Positions 39,874 through 48,976 of a stretch of 64,000 nt of DNA are shown here, piece after piece; positions within the stretch are counted from its first letter, which is position 1, and each line of letters begins with the position of its first letter. The notes beneath the pieces are model-generated. The model made no database searches, was not told the DNA's origin, and worked only from the letters and a program-made list of their open reading frames with translations. This stretch comes from a virus: positions 1 to 64,000 of the IMG/VR virus record IMGVR_UViG_3300010158_000060. One strand, given 5' to 3'. The translations under genes were made by a program, and so were the position numbers.

Positions 39874-42800
39874 ATGGTTTGTGAAGTAAAAGTAAATTCT
39901 ATCAAGTATTTAGAAAAACAAAAAGCAACTAATGATGTAAGAAGAATAATTGATACAGCAAAGTTTAGTGAGCTCAATGAGAGTCTTACTAAACTTGCTG
40001 TAGACAAGTATGGCTTAGAAACAAATGGAGAATTACTTTTTCAGGATACTGAGATAAAACTAAAAGATGATAGAACTTCTACATATAGAAGAGATAGTAT
40101 TGTTACTATAAACAGAGCGGAGCCCAATGAGCCTTTGTTTGAAAAACTTCAAGAACTCAAAGTTAGATATGATCAAAGACAGGCAATAGCTGATAATGCT
40201 ATTGTACCAAAAGAAGATTATAATAATAATGTACAAGAATTATTTAATTCTAATCCTGAATTAGCTAAAATAGGTACACCACAACAATATACTGAGTATA
40301 TAAAAACTATATTTCCTGATAGTAAAGTAAAAGATATTGTTTATCATGGTAGTAAAGAAAAATTTGATAAGTTTGATAAAACTAAATTAGGTCAATTTAC
40401 TGGAGCTGAATCAGCAAAACAAGGTTTCTTTTTTGCAAAAAACTTTGACACATCTCTTCAATATGTTATTAAAATTGCTGTTGATATAGCAAATGAACAA
40501 TTAAAATTACTATCTCAAAGAGACATCAATGTTGAAGATACACTTTATTTAAAAGATTTACAAGACCAGTATAATGCAGTATCAAATGAAAGTACAAAAA
40601 AGTTAGTAGATTTTTTAACAAGTGATAAGTTTCCTCCTTTTACATATTTTAATGTAGATAATATAGATGACTTAAAAAATCAAATAATAAAAATTGTTTC
40701 TGAATTTGATGGAAATGTTAATGAATATATATCTGAGTTTGATTCTATTATAAAAGATGTTATGAATTATGTGAGAGGAATGGTAATCAATATAACTAAT
40801 CCAATTACATATGATTTTAATCAAACAGAAAAATATCAAACAAGAGAAATATCTTTTAATACATTGTTAAAAAATAAAACTACTGAAGATGGGGCAATTT
40901 TTGAAAATGTTTATGATCCTTTATTAGATACCATTTATACAGTATTTGAACCAGAACAAATACATATACTAGGAAGCAATGATGACATAGAAGGGTTTAA
41001 ACAGTTTGTTAAAGGTATTTCTAAACAAGCTATGTTTATTAGAACAGATAATAACATTCCAATTATACCAATTGATTTAAATACAATCAATCAACAAGCA
41101 TCAAAAGCTGTTGCTGAAGCTATAGCATCTAAATTAGCAGCTAAACTTGGAATAAATTATCATAACTTATCTCCAGAGCAAGCTACAGAAATGCTTAAAA
41201 ACAATCCTGTACCATATAGAGGTGAGCCTGCATTCTTTTATAATGGAGCTATATTCATTGTTGGAGATAATGTAAGACCGGGTATTCTACTACATGAATT
41301 TTCTCACCCATTACTACAAGGTATAAGAAAAACAAATCCTCAACTATTTAATAATTTATACAATCAATTATCTAAAACAGATGAAGGTTTAAGTATCATG
41401 GCATATGTGAAAAAAGCATATCCTGAACTAGATGTTAATTCTGATTTGTTTAAGGAAGAAGTATTAGCATTTGCTATGCAACTAAAATCCATGAATAAAC
41501 TTGAAAATAAAGTTGAGACAGAAGGGTTTCAATCTTTTATGACCAAGTTATTAGCTTCATTAAAACAGTTATTACGTGAAATATTTGGAAATGGAGTAAA
41601 CTTGAAAAACCTTAATGAATCTACATCTCTTGATGAACTAGCTGAGATGCTGCTTGATGATACCATGTTTGACTTTGAAGAAGTTAATCTTACTGAGGAT
41701 GATTTGGTAATGTATGTTAGAGATATTTTTACAGAAGCAGATAAACTCACATCTAGTGCAAGTGCTAATGTTTTACAAGAAATAGTAAATGAATTTTATG
41801 CACGTAACTTACAGATTGTTAATCAAATTAAAGACTTCAAATCTGATAAAGTAACAAGAGAAATGTTAGAAAAAGCTTTAAAAAAGCAAAATACAACAAA
41901 CTTATTACCTGGAGTAGATGAAATTCTTAAAGGATATCAAAACATTAATAATCTAAATGTTATATTAAATGAAGATCTAGAAGATCTAGAAAAGACAAAA
42001 CAAATGGCTGCGGCTTTAATTAACAGTGTTGATAGGATTAATACATCAAGTAACAACATAATTAAAGAGCTTAACAATATCAATAAACAACCTAGTTTAA
42101 TCAACAATAGAAACACAATTGCTTTACTAGGTCTTTATAAAAATACTTCTGAATCTTGGTTAAATGTAATTGATCAAATCAATGAACTTTTAGATGAAAC
42201 TGAAATAGATAAAAACAGTGAGTTCTATTCACTTATTACCAGTATTGTTAATAATGCTACTATAATTAATTCTAAGATTGCTCAAATTTATAAAAAAGGA
42301 GGTATTCAATTTTTTGTGGAAATCACAGGTTACATGAATGAATTTGTAAATAAAGAGTTAAAATCTAATTTAGGCATTGCTTTAAAAAAGGCATTTTCTG
42401 AATCTGAGTTAGAAACAGCTGTAGATGAATTATATAGAAAAGTTGTTGAACAAAAATTTACTCCAGAAGATGCAAAAGCTCTTCATGATAAAGGTGTTCC
42501 TGCAAATATTCTAGATGAGTTCATAAAAAAATATAACAACTATATTGTAAATGAAGATAAAATTAAAGACGCTCTCACAGGACATGCTAAAGATGTAAGC
42601 TGGTTTAACAGGTGGTTAGAATCTTATAGTTCTAGTAATGATGTAATAGTGGGTCCTTTATCTATGTTTATTCAAAACCAAAAAACTGAAGTAGAAACTA
42701 AAGTTTGGAGAATGTCTCAAGATTTTAGAGCTCAGTTAGAGATATTACTTCCTCAAGTAAATTTCAGTAAAATGAATCCAACTCAAATAAGAGACATGGT

Positions 42801-45800
42801 TGCTGAAAAAGATCAGATATTTTACTTTAATAAAAAAACAGGTGATTATGAATCCAGAGATGTTTTTACATTCTTAAATGAATTTGGAAATGGTTGGAGA
42901 TTTGAGCTTGACAAATTAGAGTTTTTATATGAGGAAGCTAAGAAAAGCGGAGAAAAAGATAAGATTGCTAAAGCTCTTGATGAATTAAGACAATTCAATA
43001 AAGACTACATGTGGCAAGAATATACATTAGAGTATTATGAAAAAGATGATATCTTTAAAGACTCTGAGATAGGAGCATTAGCATATTCTGCAAGAAGATC
43101 TGCTTTGGAAAATTATATCAATTTACAAAACAGTTTGCAAAAAGAGTATGAAAGATTTGAAAAACACAGTGAATTGCAAGAAGCTTTCAAAACTTATCAA
43201 AGATTATATTCTTTACAGAATGAAGACGGAACTGAAAAAGTAGATGATCCAGCAAAAGGAATCTATGATAAGTCTATTGCCGAGTTATTAATCAAACACA
43301 GACAAGAAACTAATAAGTTTTATGAATGGGTTCCAATTACAAACTCTTTAGATACAGCATATAATGAATTTGTTTCTGAATTACTTACTAAGGATGTCAA
43401 AAAAGATAGTAAAGAATATGATAAATTACTAAGAGAATGGCAAAAACAAAATGTTAGAATTGTTTATTCTCAAGAATACTATGATGAAAGAACTAGATTG
43501 TTTGAAAGACTGAATGCAATTCAATCTCAAATTAATGAGCAATTAAAAACTGACTATAATGTATCAGATGAGTACAAGAAAATATTAGATTTATTGTACA
43601 CATTTAAAGATGATTTTGGTCAACCGGATGCTACACAATTAGGAGAAGAAAGACTTAGAAAAATCAAAGATATTCAACAAAACATAATTGATGTAAGACA
43701 GAAATTAGATAAGTATACTGGTTTATCAAGAGAAGATTCTGCTACACTTCAGGAATTAATTATTAAATCAAGAGATGAAGAATTAACTGATGAAGAAGCG
43801 GAAGAATTAGATAGATTACTTACTGCTAAGAAAGATGTTGATGTTACACTAGTTGAAGCTTTGTCAGAAGTAATAGGTGAGTTATCTGATATCTCTAGTA
43901 AGTATCCAACAGATTATTACATGGATGCTCTAGAAACACACATGTCAAAGTATGATAACATTCCTGTTTTTACAGATGTTACAGTAGATCAATTTATCAA
44001 TGGTAAATTATTCCAAGAATTAATTGACCCAGAAAGTGATTTGTATGATGCAGATTTGTTTGATTGGTTTGAATTAAGCCATGTTAAACTTCAGGTTTAT
44101 GAAGATGGTGTATTGGTACCAAAATATCAGAGAACCGCGGCTAATTCCTACAGCAAGCCAACCAACCCAAAGCATTTTATAAATACTAAGATAAAGGATA
44201 ACCTAACAGGAGAAGTTATCTCTCTTATTGGTGTTCCTAACATTAGACACTCAAGAAGAGAAGTTAAAAATGAGTATAGAACAATACCAAGAGGTGGTGT
44301 AAGAAAAGACTATGTTGGAAAGGTTATTGATAATAAAGGTAACTTCTTACCAAGATCTTTTGATCCAAGTTCTAAAAACAGTGCAAAAGATGGTAAGTAT
44401 ATTAGTGAGAAATTTAAGAAAATCAAATCTAATCCAAATTCTCCTGAATACAAGTTATTAGAACTAATGAAAAACTATCACTTGCAATTGCAAGAAGGTG
44501 CTTCAAGTTATGGTAAACTTTATTTAGATTTACCAAGATATGGTATTGAAAGAGGAGATTACTATCAAGTTTTACAAAAAGGTGAATATGGGGAAAGATT
44601 CAAAGAAGTTAGAGATAATGTTAAAGAATGGTTAAAACAAACATTTGGTAAATCTGTACAAGATAACTTAGATCAGTTTAACTACAATCCAGAAAACAAC
44701 TTAGTAAATACAGACTTACAAGGTAATGAGATATCTTATATTCCTGTAACAGGTATTTATAATTTAGATGCAAAGAATGTAGATGCTGATGTATTTAATT
44801 CATTATTTAAATATGGTCTTTCTGTACAAACTCAAAGTGCATTAATTAAAAGTTTACCATTAGTAAATTCTATCATGGAAACTTTAGAAGATCCAGCTAA
44901 CCAACCTAAAAAATTAGATTCATTTTCAAAAGGTATCTATAATTTAAGAAAGAAGCAACAACATCCAACTAGGTCTAATGCTATGAATAATAGAGCCGGT
45001 CAAGTAAGATCTCTTATTGAAAGAGAGTATCACGGAAGACAAGCTGTTGGTATTGAAGAAAACCATCCAGTTTTAAGTAAGTGGTTAACTGCATTAACAA
45101 GTAGATCTAGTAGAGCTGCATTAGCATTAAACATTCCATCAGATATAAAGAATCAGGTGTCTGGTTACATTCAAACTATTATTGAAGCTTCTGGAAATAG
45201 ATATATTTCTGGTAGAGATTTAGCTTTGTCTGCAACATGGACAACTAAAGCTATGTTAGAGTGGACAACAAAAGGAATCTATGAAATAGGTCCTGGAGCA
45301 GTGTCAACACAGTTAGTACAAGTTTTTGACCCTAACTTTAAAGCAACAGATGAGAATGGTAAACCGGTATACAGATCTTTGTACAAAGATTTAATAAATG
45401 GTGAATGGATGTACATGCACCGTAAGTTTGGTGAGATGGAAGTTGCTATGAGATTATTTGGTTCATTTCTACATGCTGAAAAAATTGAGCAAAACTATTC
45501 AGATGGATCAAAAAGTTTAATAAATTATTCAGATGCATGGGAAAAAGATGACAATGGAATACTTAAACTTAAAGAAGGTATTCATCCTGGTTGGAATTAT
45601 GAATCTACATACCATATTTTTAACAAAGGTGAGAAACTAGCGGATATTGCAAAAAAATATAATGTGACTGTAGAAGAACTTAAAGCTAAAAATAGTATTA
45701 AGTCTGAAATTCAACTTGAAGATGGTCAAGAAATTGTTATTGCTAAGTCAGAATACTTCAAGCAGTTTAAAAACAAACTACAGGGAACTTCTCGTGCTCT

Positions 45801-46596
45801 ATTTGGAGTTTATGATAAGTTTGGACAACCAGAAGGTAACAAGTACATTATGTACCGTATGTTCTTTTTCATGAGAAAATGGTTTACTCCAATGTTTGCT
45901 AACCGTTTTGGTATGGATGTTAGTAAAGAAAACTTTGGTGGATCAAGATATGATTGGGCTATGGGTAGAACTACAAAAGGTTTTTATGTAGAGGCTTTCC
46001 AAGCTTTAACTAAAATACTAAAATCAAAAGGAGCAGATTATCAATATCTTAATGATGAACAAAAAGGTGCAATGAAAAAAGCTGCAACAGAAGGTTTAAT
46101 AGTAATTGCATCTGGCTTAATAGCATCAATGTTATTTGGATTTGATGATGATGATCCAGACAAATGGAAAAAAATAAAAGCTAAATCAGGGGCCCTGTTT
46201 ACAGATGAATTTAATACTTATGGTTATATATCTAATCATGCTCTGTTATTGTTATTAGGTGTTCAAGCTGAAACCGGTGCTTTTATTCCATTACCATCAA
46301 TACAAGGTTTTAACTTTGGTGCTGATGATTATGCAAAAATATTAACCTCAACTACAACAGCTTTTGGAAATACACTGTTAACTTATATTGAAATCTTCGG
46401 GGATGTCTTAAATCTAATCACATTAAATGATGATGCTGTAAGATACAAAAAAAATGTTGGTCCTTACTGGTGGCAGAAAAAAGGTGAGTTAAAAACTTAC
46501 AAAAGAATATTTACTATGTTAGGTTTAACAGGTGGTATTGGAGATCCAGAAACATCATTGAAAAACTTATCAAAAGGTGCAACAAGAATCAGATAA
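39874..46596 (+). CDS. Giant cargo protein (2240 aa): ART-like module, HExxH zincin, LysM domain, C-terminal hydrophobic segments
   Basis: VYHGSKEKFDKF..GFFFA at about 40340-40440. LLHEFSH at 41287-41307. KGEKLADIAKKYNVTVEELKAKNSI..LEDGQEIVI (LysM) at about 45610-45743. Hydrophobic GLIVIASGLIASMLFGF near the C-terminus. Confidence 0.75.
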   Translation: MVCEVKVNSIKYLEKQKATNDVRRIIDTAKFSELNESLTKLAVDKYGLETNGELLFQDTEIKLKDDRTSTYRRDSIVTINRAEPNEPLFEKLQELKVRYDQRQAIADNAIVPKEDYNNNVQELFNSNPELAKIGTPQQYTEYIKTIFPDSKVKDIVYHGSKEKFDKFDKTKLGQFTGAESAKQGFFFAKNFDTSLQYVIKIAVDIANEQLKLLSQRDINVEDTLYLKDLQDQYNAVSNESTKKLVDFLTSDKFPPFTYFNVDNIDDLKNQIIKIVSEFDGNVNEYISEFDSIIKDVMNYVRGMVINITNPITYDFNQTEKYQTREISFNTLLKNKTTEDGAIFENVYDPLLDTIYTVFEPEQIHILGSNDDIEGFKQFVKGISKQAMFIRTDNNIPIIPIDLNTINQQASKAVAEAIASKLAAKLGINYHNLSPEQATEMLKNNPVPYRGEPAFFYNGAIFIVGDNVRPGILLHEFSHPLLQGIRKTNPQLFNNLYNQLSKTDEGLSIMAYVKKAYPELDVNSDLFKEEVLAFAMQLKSMNKLENKVETEGFQSFMTKLLASLKQLLREIFGNGVNLKNLNESTSLDELAEMLLDDTMFDFEEVNLTEDDLVMYVRDIFTEADKLTSSASANVLQEIVNEFYARNLQIVNQIKDFKSDKVTREMLEKALKKQNTTNLLPGVDEILKGYQNINNLNVILNEDLEDLEKTKQMAAALINSVDRINTSSNNIIKELNNINKQPSLINNRNTIALLGLYKNTSESWLNVIDQINELLDETEIDKNSEFYSLITSIVNNATIINSKIAQIYKKGGIQFFVEITGYMNEFVNKELKSNLGIALKKAFSESELETAVDELYRKVVEQKFTPEDAKALHDKGVPANILDEFIKKYNNYIVNEDKIKDALTGHAKDVSWFNRWLESYSSSNDVIVGPLSMFIQNQKTEVETKVWRMSQDFRAQLEILLPQVNFSKMNPTQIRDMVAEKDQIFYFNKKTGDYESRDVFTFLNEFGNGWRFELDKLEFLYEEAKKSGEKDKIAKALDELRQFNKDYMWQEYTLEYYEKDDIFKDSEIGALAYSARRSALENYINLQNSLQKEYERFEKHSELQEAFKTYQRLYSLQNEDGTEKVDDPAKGIYDKSIAELLIKHRQETNKFYEWVPITNSLDTAYNEFVSELLTKDVKKDSKEYDKLLREWQKQNVRIVYSQEYYDERTRLFERLNAIQSQINEQLKTDYNVSDEYKKILDLLYTFKDDFGQPDATQLGEERLRKIKDIQQNIIDVRQKLDKYTGLSREDSATLQELIIKSRDEELTDEEAEELDRLLTAKKDVDVTLVEALSEVIGELSDISSKYPTDYYMDALETHMSKYDNIPVFTDVTVDQFINGKLFQELIDPESDLYDADLFDWFELSHVKLQVYEDGVLVPKYQRTAANSYSKPTNPKHFINTKIKDNLTGEVISLIGVPNIRHSRREVKNEYRTIPRGGVRKDYVGKVIDNKGNFLPRSFDPSSKNSAKDGKYISEKFKKIKSNPNSPEYKLLELMKNYHLQLQEGASSYGKLYLDLPRYGIERGDYYQVLQKGEYGERFKEVRDNVKEWLKQTFGKSVQDNLDQFNYNPENNLVNTDLQGNEISYIPVTGIYNLDAKNVDADVFNSLFKYGLSVQTQSALIKSLPLVNSIMETLEDPANQPKKLDSFSKGIYNLRKKQQHPTRSNAMNNRAGQVRSLIEREYHGRQAVGIEENHPVLSKWLTALTSRSSRAALALNIPSDIKNQVSGYIQTIIEASGNRYISGRDLALSATWTTKAMLEWTTKGIYEIGPGAVSTQLVQVFDPNFKATDENGKPVYRSLYKDLINGEWMYMHRKFGEMEVAMRLFGSFLHAEKIEQNYSDGSKSLINYSDAWEKDDNGILKLKEGIHPGWNYESTYHIFNKGEKLADIAKKYNVTVEELKAKNSIKSEIQLEDGQEIVIAKSEYFKQFKNKLQGTSRALFGVYDKFGQPEGNKYIMYRMFFFMRKWFTPMFANRFGMDVSKENFGGSRYDWAMGRTTKGFYVEAFQALTKILKSKGADYQYLNDEQKGAMKKAATEGLIVIASGLIASMLFGFDDDDPDKWKKIKAKSGALFTDEFNTYGYISNHALLLLLGVQAETGAFIPLPSIQGFNFGADDYAKILTSTTTAFGNTLLTYIEIFGDVLNLITLNDDAVRYKKNVGPYWWQKKGELKTYKRIFTMLGLTGGIGDPETSLKNLSKGATRIR

Positions 46597-46607
46597 AGAT
46601 TAAATGG

Positions 46608-46646
46608 AAAAAAAAAGGGAAAGCCGTTAAGCTTTCCCTAATTTTT
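46608..46646. terminator. Likely bidirectional intrinsic terminator at the convergence of the two arms
   Basis: Stem GGGAAAGC (46617-46624) / GCTTTCCC (46631-46638), with an A9 tract on the left and TAATTTTT on the right. Confidence 0.85.
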
Positions 46647-46821
46647 AATCTTCATCACAACAGTCACATTCTTCTGACTCTTGTTTACCATATTCATTGT
46701 CAAACCAATCTCTAGCTTCTACTTTTGTAGGTCTTTCATAACAACCACAATCCATAACAGTTGCACCTGCTAAGTATGCTTCAATCATAAGTTTTCTAAA
46801 GACTACTGGATGCATAATCAT
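46645..46821 (-). CDS. Small Cys-rich acidic protein (58 aa; not in ORF track)
   Basis: Manual translation gives MIMHPVVFRKLMIEAYLAGATVMDCGCYERPTKVEARDWFDNEYGKQESEECDCCDED*. It has a TAATG overlap with the upstream ORF and stops just before the terminator. Confidence 0.6.
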   Translation of the reverse strand: MIMHPVVFRKLMIEAYLAGATVMDCGCYERPTKVEARDWFDNEYGKQESEECDCCDED

Positions 46822-46988
46822 TAATTTAAATCATCATTACTAATGTAAGTTTTTCTAATTCTTTCTCTTGTAATATTAAAAACACCTTTTCTATTTTCTC
46901 TAAACTTAAATCTATTGTAACTGATTGGACACATAAGATCTAATTTTATTACTTTTTTTCTGTTTCTGTTTTTATTTGCTATGCTCAT
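46821..46988 (-). CDS. Small basic protein (55 aa; not in ORF track)
   Basis: Manual translation gives MSIANKNRNRKKVIKLDLMCPISYNRFKFRENRKGVFNITRERIRKTYISNDDLN*. It fills the gap and overlaps both neighbours. Confidence 0.5.
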   Translation of the reverse strand: MSIANKNRNRKKVIKLDLMCPISYNRFKFRENRKGVFNITRERIRKTYISNDDLN

Positions 46989-47370
46989 TTTCAATAAATT
47001 GTTTTAAGTTTGGTTTAAAATATGATGGACCCTTTAAAATTTTCCCATCTTCTCTCATGATTGCTTTACCATCTTCACCAACTTTACTCATGTTGCTAGA
47101 ATGAATCTCATCAAATACTTTCTCTATGATATCTTGCATACCATGTTTAAGTATAGTACCACACAATATATAAAGTTTATCACCTAAAGCATCTGCAATT
47201 TCTGTAAGATCTTTTTTATCACAAGCATCAAAATATTCATCATTTTCTTCAGCCATAAGTTTATGTCTCAACATCCACTCATGATTTTCTATCAATCTTG
47301 GTAATGTACCATTTTCTTGGTTAAAAGTTTCATGGAACTCTCTTACTGCTTCAATTTGCTTTTTCATCAT
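46972..47370 (-). CDS. MazG-like / PRA-PH family nucleoside triphosphate pyrophosphohydrolase
   Basis: VREFHETF, LMAEENDEY, EIADALGDKLYILCGT, EIHSSNMSK, REDGKILKGPSYFKPNL. Confidence 0.85.
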   Translation of the reverse strand: MMKKQIEAVREFHETFNQENGTLPRLIENHEWMLRHKLMAEENDEYFDACDKKDLTEIADALGDKLYILCGTILKHGMQDIIEKVFDEIHSSNMSKVGEDGKAIMREDGKILKGPSYFKPNLKQFIENEHSK

Positions 47371-47581
47371 TTTTATTTTTTTTATATTCTACCCATTCTA
47401 AATATAAACCAGTAACTAAAATTATATCTATACCAACACATAAGATAGTTTCTAATATCCAATGCCAATCAGTTTGAGTCATGCTTATATGAGTTCCAAC
47501 CCACATAAATGAACCCCATCTTTGAACACCATTAATTATCAAGTATCTTAAAAAATTCATTTTAATACATTTAACTTCCAC
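47351..47581 (-). CDS. Small membrane protein (two hydrophobic segments, charged C-terminus)
   Basis: WGSFMWVGTHISM and WILETILCVGIDIILVTGLYLEW, followed by KKNKNDEKAN. Confidence 0.5.
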   Translation of the reverse strand: MEVKCIKMNFLRYLIINGVQRWGSFMWVGTHISMTQTDWHWILETILCVGIDIILVTGLYLEWVEYKKNKNDEKAN

Positions 47582-47756
47582 AGTTTATGCAACCCTCATC
47601 ATCATCTTCTTCAGGATGTTCTTCTATTCTAGGATTTAATTCTTTTTTTAACTCATAAATTTTTTGCTGAATTTCTCCATCTTTAAAAAGGTCACCTGAT
47701 AAATGAGTTCTATAAATCTCAATATCTCTCTGAATTTCTGATTCTATTCTTGACAT
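47571..47756 (-). CDS. Small acidic protein ending in CxxCGS
   Basis: 61-aa ORF with C-terminus EEDDDEGCINCGS, preceded by a TATCTTTG element. Confidence 0.6.
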   Translation of the reverse strand: MSRIESEIQRDIEIYRTHLSGDLFKDGEIQQKIYELKKELNPRIEEHPEEDDDEGCINCGS

Positions 47757-47780
47757 AATATTTTATATTTAATTATTTTA

Positions 47781-47788
47781 CAAAGATA
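47781..47788 (-). promoter_or_regulatory. Bacteroidota-type -7 promoter element (TAnnTTTG)
   Basis: TATCTTTG on the - strand, 25 nt before the ATG at 47756 and just after a terminator. No clear -33 TTTG element. Confidence 0.5.
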
Positions 47789-47813
47789 AAAAAAGAGGCA
47801 GTTTCCCGCCTCT
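47788..47813 (-). terminator. Rho-independent terminator
   Basis: Stem AGAGGC / GCCTCT with a T-tract on the - strand, downstream of 47835..48974. Confidence 0.7.
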
Positions 47814-47834
47814 CTAAAAAAATAAATTAAACAA

Positions 47835-48974
47835 TTAAAACAAATCAGGTATGAAATCAGAATCTTCTTCATCATCTGAAGAACTAAAGTCTAATGAAAA
47901 ATCTGGTTCTTCTTTAGCTTTTTCTTCATTTGGTAATCTTATCAAAATATCATCTAATGATAATTTTTCAGTTTTTGGTTCTTCTGAAGGATTAACAAAT
48001 ACATTGTGTGCTTCTATAGCTTCTAACAATGGAGCTTCAAATGTATTTCCAGCAGGGTCTGTATATTGAATTACATCATCAACATTATCTTCTACAGCAA
48101 ACTCATCTTCAGCTTCAGGTTCTTCTACTGGAGGTGGGCATACAGCTATCTCTTCTTCTTCTTCAATAACATCAAAGATAGTCATTTGAGCAGGATCTAC
48201 AGCATCTTCTTCAATCTCTACAGGTTCAACAACAGCTACTGGAGCTGTGAAAACTTGTTTAGGAAACTTGTAGATACTATCTATGAAATAGTGTAGTACT
48301 CTTTGGTCCTCCATCCAAGTTCTAGGATGTGATTGTTGTAGAGCAATAGTAATTGCATTATAGAAAGTCCATAAGCTATCAGGATTTGTAAAGTTTTTCA
48401 TTGGTCTGTCAATAAAGTTCTTTACAATACTTGCTTGTTCAGTAGTTAAAATACCATACTCAGCAAATAAAATACCTAATAATTGGGCCTTTTTTCTAAT
48501 GTCCAGGGTCTTATCAACCATCTCATTCTTATCGGACAACAACTGATTATAGTACTGATGTGCATTTTTAATTTGCTCATCAATTGTATCTTTTGTCTCA
48601 GTGTCTGCAGTACCCATATGTTTTCTAATCCAAACTCCCATGTCACCGGATACCATCACAGTGCTAGTAGTTTCAATATAAGCACCAACAATACATTTAA
48701 ATTTAATCTGTTTGTTGTAGCTATTAGTCCAAGCAAACATCATTGATAATTCAGGATCACTATTATAAGCTAACTTGTGAATTCCTTGAGCTATCTGACC
48801 ATCTGCTGTACATCTATATTCTTCATGTAAAATGTTAAACCCTGCAAGTGCTAGGGCTTGATGAACATAATCAATCACAAATTGGTGACCAATTACTGTA
48901 TATGTTGATCCGTGTTGTGGTAAGGGCACATTAATCAAATGTGCTTTGCTACACTCGCTAATTCTTTTTGGCAT
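47835..48974 (-). CDS. DUF932/DUF945-like protein with long acidic tail
   Basis: TYTVIGH, FAWTNSYNKQIKF, RKHMG and SLWTFYNAIT motifs, plus an E/D/P-rich C-terminal third. Confidence 0.65.
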   Translation of the reverse strand: MPKRISECSKAHLINVPLPQHGSTYTVIGHQFVIDYVHQALALAGFNILHEEYRCTADGQIAQGIHKLAYNSDPELSMMFAWTNSYNKQIKFKCIVGAYIETTSTVMVSGDMGVWIRKHMGTADTETKDTIDEQIKNAHQYYNQLLSDKNEMVDKTLDIRKKAQLLGILFAEYGILTTEQASIVKNFIDRPMKNFTNPDSLWTFYNAITIALQQSHPRTWMEDQRVLHYFIDSIYKFPKQVFTAPVAVVEPVEIEEDAVDPAQMTIFDVIEEEEEIAVCPPPVEEPEAEDEFAVEDNVDDVIQYTDPAGNTFEAPLLEAIEAHNVFVNPSEEPKTEKLSLDDILIRLPNEEKAKEEPDFSLDFSSSDDEEDSDFIPDLF

Positions 48975-48976
48975 AA

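Noticed and set aside
9009-46596. Diversity-generating retroelement or invertible tail-fibre cassette
   Set aside because: No reverse transcriptase, recombinase or long TR/VR repeat pair was noticed in this window.
47351-47581. Holin call for the small membrane protein
   Set aside because: No endolysin nearby and it lies in the replication arm, so it is kept only as a membrane protein.
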